This document shows positions 57,901 through 64,000 of a DNA stretch of 64,000 bases, one piece after another. The notes beneath the pieces were generated by a model. It saw only the letters and a list, made by a program, of their open reading frames with translations. It was not told where the DNA came from and did no database searches. Origin of the DNA: Candidatus Krumholzibacteriota bacterium (GTDB lineage: Bacteria > Krumholzibacteriota > Krumholzibacteriia > JAJRXK01); contig CAVXTH010000009.1 of the NCBI GenBank assembly GCA_963764625.1, positions 256,001 through 320,000 on the forward strand. Direction: 5' to 3'. How positions within the stretch are numbered: position 1 is the first letter of the stretch; the number at the start of each line of letters is the position of its first letter. The translations under genes and the position numbers were made by a program.

Positions 57901-58113
57901 CTGGCGGCTTACAAGCGCTCGATGAAAACCGGCGGAGCCAAAGACTCCTATCGTCTGTCGGCGATCGCCCGCTGCGCCGAGATCTACGAAGACCGCCAGG
58001 ACTACTCGAGCGCGGTCGCCGCCTATCGAGATCTCATTCAGAACGCGGACGATCCGGAGTTGGTTGCCGTGGCGCAGAGCCGCGTCAAGGAGCTCAAATC
58101 TGTCATTCACTAG
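54973..58113 (+). CDS. Large periplasmic TPR protein (CpoB/BamD-like repeats)
   Basis: Signal peptide and many repeats of the A.Y..G..Y.....Y..A...Y......YP.S type. Confidence 0.88.
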   Translation: MKNWTRILTTELLTAILLVLLFPGTSRAEDEPSDSSQTNDQSVQTPTTLTGLGIRFELAKALTGAARTEAIQSLEDPLRAVLDSNLDDGEKAGVNFLLAEMEKELGRPSRARELFEESAKKDKNGPFVDDAEFAAIRALEAAGKDEEAQKQWEKWQKDHPHSPLLAQAWVARVWNDLRQAKWTEADAGLKHLETLAPYTQQTQRVVLARATLRYAQGKPQECLQELAKVPTHSAAEIYLKALCFDEQGEVLHAAAAYQEVYERYSDSPLRFLALYAKANAFLNGGAYQSAAEGFAAVAKGSSDEELQAEALLRQGVALFQEGSMEEATPILKGLVSRFPKADASARGQFLLGEISAAQNDPQAAIVEYNLVLRNYFEHQVAASAQYRIGRCYETLGRGAEAVGAYETVVRGYPLEAEAPPAAYLAGVGLLESGRPLAAAPYFQLVLDRYAGKKGSEGALVFKNDKQKEVVEAALCLLLLSYHQAGDLGQLSGAPHLMLLAMPESNSNWRGYALLIDADALASQGRYQDAQASLQNLLGEFKEHDVALPATQLLAWTYAQQGMDDLAIATEKKMLQRFTPDESSDAVRSAYLRMAHVNFNQKHYAKAVEIYEDYRHRFGDSLQYALATYQAGVCYARLDRTGDAVDRWEELVARQPDVPIAEKAWARAGDLYFQSGHYEDAKRCYQGLLNNFASSSAGATGLLRMAQCDYNAGRDAEALQGYSAVISQYPHTTSAKEAKRGMELALYRLGQEDSGSEVLAELIEKYPESSFAADAQFQIASGLYEKEKYAEAAEAFRQVVSRFPSYDEVDRAQFLSGEAWAKAGQTEHSIQAYQQFLLFFPESELRSTVQFRLGLQLYQKQDYMEAAVKFTAVVDQTKDKELQRAGLFNLAMAQQLLGKLTDARASLERYRSEYPKDERSVEVALQLGKLHESAGEWEAAAKEYETALNTGVGKDSITEVLYRLGQCREKLTEPDKALAAYKRSMKTGGAKDSYRLSAIARCAEIYEDRQDYSSAVAAYRDLIQNADDPELVAVAQSRVKELKSVIH

Positions 58114-58149
58114 TTCACGAGGCATTCCCGAAGCAAAGGAGAACTCTCG

Positions 58150-58863
58150 ATGTTTGCCGAATTCGACTGGGTAGGAGCCACACGCTCGAGCCCGATCATG
58201 CTTCTGCTGCTCGTTCTCAGCATCGTCACTCTGGCCGTGACCATAGAACGGTTTCTCTATTACCGGAGGCGATCGGGAGATCCCGAGCAGACCCTACACA
58301 AGGCACTCGAGTGCCTCCGCAGGGGGAAGGCCTCCGAAGCTCTGCATCAGTGCGAGAGCTGTAGCCATCCGATGGGTCGAGTCGCGGCCCAGGTGTTGTC
58401 GAGCTCCAAGGAGCTTCCGGCGGAATTCGAAGAGCGTCTGCAAGTCGCTCTGAGCCTCCAGAAGTTGCTCCTGGAGAAGAACCTTTCGGTGCTGGGCAGC
58501 ATGGCCGCGGTGGCGCCTTTGATCGGACTTTTCGGAACGGTCTGGGGCATCATGCGGGCCTTCCACGACATGGCGCAGGTGGGCTCCGCCGCACCTTCGG
58601 TGGTGGCGGCTGGAGTCGCGGAAGCTCTGTTGACCACCGCGGCAGGTCTGATCATCGCGGTTCCCGCGGTCCTTCTCTACAACCACTTCTCGCGCCGAAT
58701 GTCGGTCATGCTGACCATTGCGGAAAACCACACACGTTCGCTTCGCGCGTCCTTCGGTGAACGGCCCAATGCCGCGAACGAGGACTTGGGTCCTACCGTG
58801 GATCGCATCCGTTCGGTCATCTCCGAACCGTCGACCGAGCCGGTGGCCAGCACGCATCCATAG
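58150..58863 (+). CDS. exbB: ExbB/TolQ proton-channel protein
   Basis: APLIGLFGTVWGIMRAF, GVAEALLTTAAGLIIAVPAV..YN. Confidence 0.93.
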   Translation: MFAEFDWVGATRSSPIMLLLLVLSIVTLAVTIERFLYYRRRSGDPEQTLHKALECLRRGKASEALHQCESCSHPMGRVAAQVLSSSKELPAEFEERLQVALSLQKLLLEKNLSVLGSMAAVAPLIGLFGTVWGIMRAFHDMAQVGSAAPSVVAAGVAEALLTTAAGLIIAVPAVLLYNHFSRRMSVMLTIAENHTRSLRASFGERPNAANEDLGPTVDRIRSVISEPSTEPVASTHP

Positions 58864-58875
58864 GAGACTGAGCTC

Positions 58876-59283
58876 ATGCGGAATTCCGAGCATCGACCCG
58901 GTGGAGGCGGGAGTCACGAAATCAACGTGACTCCGCTCATCGACGTTTCCTTGGTTCTGGTGGTCATCCTGCTGCTGGCGACACCTCTGGCGTTCGAGTC
59001 GAGCATCTCGATGCGCCAAGCGGAAGCCAGCGCCAGAAGGGCCAGCGAGGAGACCAAACAGGAGAGAGTCGAGATCCAGATCCTCAGCGATGAGGCTCTC
59101 GAGGTGAATCGCAAGCACATCGACCAGGAGTCGTTGGAGGAAGTTCTGACGCCTTTGCTGGCGAATGCCGGAAAGATCGAAGTCGTCGTGGAGTGCGCGG
59201 ATGCGGTCAGTCACGGTCGATTCGTGAACATCCTGGACCGCACAAAGCTCTGCGGGGCTCAGAAGATCGCGGTGAAGGAGTAG
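58876..59283 (+). CDS. exbD: ExbD/TolR protein
   Basis: EINVTPLIDVSLVLVVI. Confidence 0.92.
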   Translation: MRNSEHRPGGGGSHEINVTPLIDVSLVLVVILLLATPLAFESSISMRQAEASARRASEETKQERVEIQILSDEALEVNRKHIDQESLEEVLTPLLANAGKIEVVVECADAVSHGRFVNILDRTKLCGAQKIAVKE

Positions 59284-59286
59284 AAC

Positions 59287-59712
59287 ATGAAAAAGCCGCT
59301 TTTCGATGAGCTTCCGTGCTTCGTGAAGATCAACGTCACGCCGATCATCGACGTGGCCTTGGTGCTGGTGATCATACTATTGGTCACCGCTCCGATGATC
59401 AGCGTTGCCGATCTCGACATCAAGCTGCCGACGGCCCACACCCGAGGCGCCGAAGACGAGCACCGCATCAGCGTGAGCTACAGCTCGGACGGACAGCTCG
59501 CCGTCGATGACCAGATGGTGAGTCTCTCTTCGCTGGCCGGAATCGTTCGAAGTCGTCTCGGGAGCGGCAGCGGAGATCAAACTCTCGTGGTCGTGCGTGC
59601 CGACGCTCGAGCCACCCACGGGGAAATTCGGGCCATCATGCGCGAAATCAAGAGTTCCGGGGCAAGCCGGGTCGCGGTGGCCACGAACCAGAGCGGAAGC
59701 GAGCGACCGTGA
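59287..59712 (+). CDS. exbD: ExbD/TolR protein
   Basis: KINVTPIIDVALVLVII..TAPM, IKLP, VRAD. Confidence 0.92.
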   Translation: MKKPLFDELPCFVKINVTPIIDVALVLVIILLVTAPMISVADLDIKLPTAHTRGAEDEHRISVSYSSDGQLAVDDQMVSLSSLAGIVRSRLGSGSGDQTLVVVRADARATHGEIRAIMREIKSSGASRVAVATNQSGSERP

Positions 59713-60656
59713 ATGCCATGGCCTACGCGCAGACTCTCGAGCTCCGTGAGGAACACGAGCTGAGGCAAAAAGGATGGATCGGAAGTCTGATCATCCATGC
59801 CCTCCTCTTGTCGCTCTTGGTCCTCTATCCGCGCATCTCGCCGCCCCCCGCTGCGTTGACGGAATTCACCTGGCTCGAGAATTCCGGAACCACCAAGGAC
59901 CCCGTCGAGGTGGCGGCTCCTCCGATGCAGGCAGCGACCGAAAAACCGAGAGTGAAGGACAAGCCCTCGCCTCAACCGACGACGCAGGCCCGGTTCGAGC
60001 GGGCGGAGAACGAGAAGGCCGAGGTGGAACCAAAACCTCAGAGTCTCACCGCGCGCGACGATCGGCTCAGCGAGCGTCTGGCGTCACTTCGTGAGAGTCG
60101 CCCCACCCTCGCGGTGGAGACCCCCCATAGTTCGTCGCTCTTGAAGGCGCCCGCGACCGAAGTATCCAAGTCGGGGGCCATCGACCAGAAGAAACTCATT
60201 CGTGAGTCGGGCATTCCCACCGCCGCGCCGGCGAAATTGCGGCGGGAGACGAGCTTGAGCCGCACCCCTTCGCTGGCCACCGTGAAGCCCACCGAAATTG
60301 TTACCGCACCGAGCGCGATCATTCCCAAGAACGCTGATCTCACGGTGCGGCGGACCCTGTCGGGCGCGTCGCTCGCGGGACCGGCCGCCGACCGTCCCAT
60401 CCGCAAGTACATGATGCCGGAGTATCCCGAATGGGCGAAGAAAGAGGGCGTCGAGGGAACGGTCTCGCTCGGCTTCGTGGTGCTTCCTGACGGAAGAGTC
60501 AAGGCCAACGTCATGGTGCACCGCACCTCGGGTTACCAGGATTTCGATCTTCGGGCGCAAAAGGCCCTGCGGATGTGGCAGTTTCAGCCCTTACCCGCGG
60601 GCTCGACCCAAGAACAATGGGGCAGCATCACTATCCACTTCAGGCTGACCAGCTAG
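59709..60656 (+). CDS. tonB: TonB energy transducer
   Basis: TM SLIIHALL (S-x3-H), Pro-rich linker, PEYPEWAKKEGVEGTV...SG...FD...WQFQP. Confidence 0.92.
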   Translation: MNAMAYAQTLELREEHELRQKGWIGSLIIHALLLSLLVLYPRISPPPAALTEFTWLENSGTTKDPVEVAAPPMQAATEKPRVKDKPSPQPTTQARFERAENEKAEVEPKPQSLTARDDRLSERLASLRESRPTLAVETPHSSSLLKAPATEVSKSGAIDQKKLIRESGIPTAAPAKLRRETSLSRTPSLATVKPTEIVTAPSAIIPKNADLTVRRTLSGASLAGPAADRPIRKYMMPEYPEWAKKEGVEGTVSLGFVVLPDGRVKANVMVHRTSGYQDFDLRAQKALRMWQFQPLPAGSTQEQWGSITIHFRLTS

Positions 60657-60673
60657 TGGGAGGATTCTTCATC

Positions 60674-61684
60674 ATGAAAGCCGGAACCACCCGAATCACG
60701 GGTAACCTCGGTCTCGTTCACGCCACCGCTTTGTTGGCGCTTATCCTTCTGTCCCCACCCGTGGCGGCGCGCGGAGCGGAGCCGTCGAAGCCGGCGCCGG
60801 TGTCGAAGTCCGCCAAGCCAGCTGCGAGTCAAGCGGCGTCGGATTCGATGACCCTGAAGGGAGACGAAAAGACCACCGTCTTGCGCAGTCTAACCGTCGA
60901 GGGAGAAGACAAGGTCAAGATCGAATTCGATCGTCCCGAACTCGATCTCAAAATCGACAGCTACGACATCGAGGGTCTCAGCTGGGGAAGCGCTCTGGAT
61001 GTGGTGCAACGACGCGAGGTGGATCTGCTGTCTCCCGTGGTGCAATGCTCCAACGCGGAACGCGCCAGTGCCCTGGGACGCCCGTGGCTCCGTGCATTTC
61101 GAGATGGCTCGGTGGCTCGCTTTCATCCCGCCCTGGAAGGGGTGGCCAGCTGGCGGCTGACGATCGCGGATTCCAAGGGCGATACGGTTCGAGTCTTCAC
61201 CGGCAAGGGGTCTCTCCCCAAGGAGATCGCGTGGAACGGAGTGTACGACTCCGGGGAATTGGCGCTGCCGGGTTTGGTGTATTCGTACGTCCTTCAAGCC
61301 AAGGACAAGGCGGGGAATCGGCGCAATTTCGTGGGCGAGGGTTTCGAGGTTTCACCCTACCGGATCGAGGCAGACCATGCCTTCCATCTGGTCCTCTCGG
61401 GGAAGACCCTCCTGGGACCCGACGCGGCCCAGAGGCCCGAAGGAGTGGACGATCCCTGGCTGGTGGAAGCGGCGTCGTGGTTGAATCAACACGCGACCGC
61501 GGACCAGGCGATCGAAATCCACGTCTTCGCGCGCACTCACGAGATCGCGGAAGCCATGGGGGCGATCGTAGAAGAGCAGCTGGCACGACACTTGGCCGGC
61601 CCACCCTTGCGCCTCAAGATCATGACCCAAGCCCGCAGCGAGGCGCCGGTTCAAGGCGCGGTGACGATCGGGGTCAAGAGCTGA
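60674..61684 (+). CDS. Secreted protein with FlgD-Ig-like middle domain
   Basis: GGGAGG RBS, signal peptide, SWRLTIADSKG..VRVFTGKG..P..IAWNG; C-terminal alpha/beta domain, possibly a degenerate OmpA_C. Confidence 0.75.
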   Translation: MKAGTTRITGNLGLVHATALLALILLSPPVAARGAEPSKPAPVSKSAKPAASQAASDSMTLKGDEKTTVLRSLTVEGEDKVKIEFDRPELDLKIDSYDIEGLSWGSALDVVQRREVDLLSPVVQCSNAERASALGRPWLRAFRDGSVARFHPALEGVASWRLTIADSKGDTVRVFTGKGSLPKEIAWNGVYDSGELALPGLVYSYVLQAKDKAGNRRNFVGEGFEVSPYRIEADHAFHLVLSGKTLLGPDAAQRPEGVDDPWLVEAASWLNQHATADQAIEIHVFARTHEIAEAMGAIVEEQLARHLAGPPLRLKIMTQARSEAPVQGAVTIGVKS

Positions 61685-61803
61685 GACACGCTTTGTCTTT
61701 GGGCTTGTCCTGAAAGCGGGTATCATCCGAGCCATTCTCGACGTGGCGGCGCTGGCCAGGGCCGGGTCGTCCCCTTCCGCCACGAACGGTTCGGAGACAC
61801 GCG

Positions 61804-64000
61804 ATGATCGGCAGAAAGCTCGGCCCCTACGAGATCGAGGCCAAGGTCGGCAGCGGGGGGATGGGGGAGGTGTACCGGGCGCGCGACACCCGCCTCGGGC
61901 GTACGGTGGCCATCAAGGTCCTCCCTGCACACTTCGCCGCGGATCGCGACCGTCTGGCGCGCTTCGAACGAGAGGCGCGCCTTCTCGCTTCGCTCAATCA
62001 CCCTCACATCGCCACCCTTTACGACTTCGCCCACCACGAGGGCGAGTACTTTCTGGCCATGGAGCTGGTCGAGGGGGAGGATCTCTCGACCCGGCTCGCC
62101 CGTGGGCCCATGTCGATCGACGAGGCGGCGCGGGTGGCGGCCCAGGTGGCCGAGGCGCTAGAAGTTGCGCACGAGAGCGGCATGGTGCACCGCGACCTCA
62201 AGCCGTCCAACATTCGTTTCGGAGCCGACGGCCAGGTGAAGGTGCTCGACTTTGGCCTGGCCAAGGCGATCGAAGGCTCCGACGACGACATCAACAAATC
62301 GCCCACCATCATCGAGGTGACTTCGGCCGGGGTGATCCTGGGCACTGCCGCGTACATGAGCCCGGAGCAGGCTCGAGGCAAGATGGTGGACAAACGGTCC
62401 GACATCTGGGCGTTCGGCTGCGTGCTCTTCGAGATGCTCACGGCTCACCAGTTGTTTCAGGCCGAAACGGTATCGGACACCATCGCGAAGATCCTCGAGC
62501 GAGAACCATCCTGGGAGCTGCTTCCCGCCAACACTCCACCGCGAGTGAAGCGCCTCCTCGAGCGCTGCCTGGAAAAGGACGTGAAACGGCGTCTGCGCGA
62601 TATCGGTGACGCGCGCATCGAGCTCGAGGACGTGGTGGTAGATTCCAAAGTGATGGCGGCCCCTCTGCTTCCCGGGCCCCGCCGGCAGCGCTGGTTCCTC
62701 TGGCTCGGACTGGGACTCGTTCTGGGCGCTCTGCTGGCCTTCGTCGGGCTGCGGCTGGGCGGTCGCCAGGAGACCGTCTCTCTAGAGCAGACGAGACTCT
62801 CGATCAAGCCGGACGCGAATGTCATTCTTCAGGAAGTTCCACCGGCCCTCTCGCGGGATGGGCGCGCCCTTGCCTACATCGCGAGTACCTCGGACGGAGC
62901 GCGTTTGTTCCTACGCCGACTCGATTCGTGGGACTCGCGCATGCTCACCGACGTCAACGCCGGTAGTCCTTGTTTTTCGCCGGATGGCAGCTGGGTGGCC
63001 TTCAGGAGCCGGGGGGAGTCCGGGTTCCGTCTCCTGCGCGTCTCCGTCGACGGCGGCACGCCCCTGCTCATCGCAAAGAACGTGGGTGGGCCCGATGGAA
63101 ATGCCTGGACGAAAGACGGCCAGCTCATCTATCCGGCCAGCCTCAGCTCGGGACTCGTCTCCACTCCGGCCAGGGGTGGGGCTCCGACCGCACTCACTCA
63201 CCCCGACAGCAGCCAGGGTGAGCTCGGCCACTGGCAACCCTGTGTTCTTCCCGACGACGATCATGTCTTGTTCACCGCCTGGCGCACCCGCATGGATGAC
63301 GCGCGGATCGAGGTGGTGAGTCGCTCCAGCAAAGAAGTACGGGTTGTGGTGGAGAATGGGGTTTGTCCGATGTACATGGATCCCGGATATCTGCTGTACG
63401 TCCAGGGCGCCACGCTCATGTGCGTAGCCTTCGATCCGGGGCGCGCAGTGGTGACCGGGGACCCGGTTCCCCTCATCGATCCGGTGAATGTGCACATTTC
63501 GGATGGATCTACGGACCTCGCCGCGGGAGGGACGAATCTGTGCTATCTGCCCGATTCCGGCTCTCACGCACGCCTCGTGCGGGCCGATCCGCACGGAAAA
63601 GTCGAAGCGATCGTACCGGAAGAACGCAACTACAATCGGGTATCCATCGCACCGGATGGAAAGCACTTGGCCCTCTGTGTCGAACAAGCCGGCAAGAGCG
63701 ATCTCTGGGTGTTGGATTCGGCTCGCCACTCCTTTACACAACTCACCGTCGATGGCACCAACGCAGAGCCGATCTATTCTCCGGATGGGCGGACCCTCAC
63801 CTTTCAGAGCATGCGCCGTGGCCCGTTCGAACTCTACTCGATCAGCGCCAGCGGTGGTTCGGCCCCTCAGCTTTTGTTTCCCAGTGCGATCGATCTGCGT
63901 CCATTGAGCTGGACTCCGGATGGCAAGACTCTTTTGTTCGGGCAATCCAGCAAGGGAACGGGAACTGACGTCATGCGTTTCTCACCCGCGGATGGGAAGA
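61804..64000 (+). CDS. Hanks-type Ser/Thr kinase with TM and PD40/TolB-like repeats (partial, runs off right edge)
   Basis: Absent from the ORF track because it has no stop. Manual translation gives MIGRKLGPYEIEAKVGSGGMGEVYRARDTRLGRTVAIK...HRDLKPSN...DFG...YMSPEQ, then a TM and FSPDG/WTPDG repeats. Confidence 0.93.
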   Translation, partial: MIGRKLGPYEIEAKVGSGGMGEVYRARDTRLGRTVAIKVLPAHFAADRDRLARFEREARLLASLNHPHIATLYDFAHHEGEYFLAMELVEGEDLSTRLARGPMSIDEAARVAAQVAEALEVAHESGMVHRDLKPSNIRFGADGQVKVLDFGLAKAIEGSDDDINKSPTIIEVTSAGVILGTAAYMSPEQARGKMVDKRSDIWAFGCVLFEMLTAHQLFQAETVSDTIAKILEREPSWELLPANTPPRVKRLLERCLEKDVKRRLRDIGDARIELEDVVVDSKVMAAPLLPGPRRQRWFLWLGLGLVLGALLAFVGLRLGGRQETVSLEQTRLSIKPDANVILQEVPPALSRDGRALAYIASTSDGARLFLRRLDSWDSRMLTDVNAGSPCFSPDGSWVAFRSRGESGFRLLRVSVDGGTPLLIAKNVGGPDGNAWTKDGQLIYPASLSSGLVSTPARGGAPTALTHPDSSQGELGHWQPCVLPDDDHVLFTAWRTRMDDARIEVVSRSSKEVRVVVENGVCPMYMDPGYLLYVQGATLMCVAFDPGRAVVTGDPVPLIDPVNVHISDGSTDLAAGGTNLCYLPDSGSHARLVRADPHGKVEAIVPEERNYNRVSIAPDGKHLALCVEQAGKSDLWVLDSARHSFTQLTVDGTNAEPIYSPDGRTLTFQSMRRGPFELYSISASGGSAPQLLFPSAIDLRPLSWTPDGKTLLFGQSSKGTGTDVMRFSPADGK

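Noticed and set aside
1-64000. CRISPR arrays, tRNA/rRNA, IS elements, prophage or defence genes
   Set aside because: No regularly spaced nucleotide repeats, cloverleaf or rRNA signatures, or transposase, integrase or nuclease motifs were seen by eye.

Overview
GC-rich bacterial DNA from a diderm organism. C-terminal FlgD/T9SS-like domains, a PorV-like barrel and a ...SWGRVKSRY C-terminus suggest an FCB-related candidate phylum such as Krumholzibacteriota, Eisenbacteria or Latescibacterota (inference only). No rRNA, tRNA, CRISPR array or transposase was seen. The window has six parts. (1) 1-11.4 kb: housekeeping and secreted-protein genes (FHA protein, EamA/MocR/aminotransferase module, thioredoxin-TPR, OM barrel, S8 protease, TetR, RluA, Gfo/Idh). 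(2) 11.4-17.6 kb: a signalling islet with a sigma54-driven FliA/WhiG, a GAF-bEBP, a candidate sigma54-dependent sRNA, a His-less sensor kinase with a receiver protein, a GAF protein and a candidate CsrB/Rsm-like RNA. (3) A PerR-rubrerythrin-FeS oxidoreductase-DUF3501 operon. (4) A ~20.5 kb, 19-gene minus-strand operon joining an ApbE/TlpA/DUF4266/DUF3570 flavinylation module, heme-c lipoproteins and several OM barrels to an Agl-Glt-like (ExbB/ExbD/ExbD/TonB-like plus TPR) motor. (5) Ser/Thr kinase, SSADH, isoaspartyl peptidase, a GT-C-like protein and secreted proteins. (6) An ~11 kb plus-strand operon with an Ig-repeat CTD protein, a PorV-like barrel, a TPR scaffold and a second ExbB/ExbD/ExbD/TonB set, followed by a partial Ser/Thr kinase. 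The two energised envelope operons and the two ncRNA candidates are the most interesting elements. All family assignments come from motifs recognised by eye; no database searches were run.
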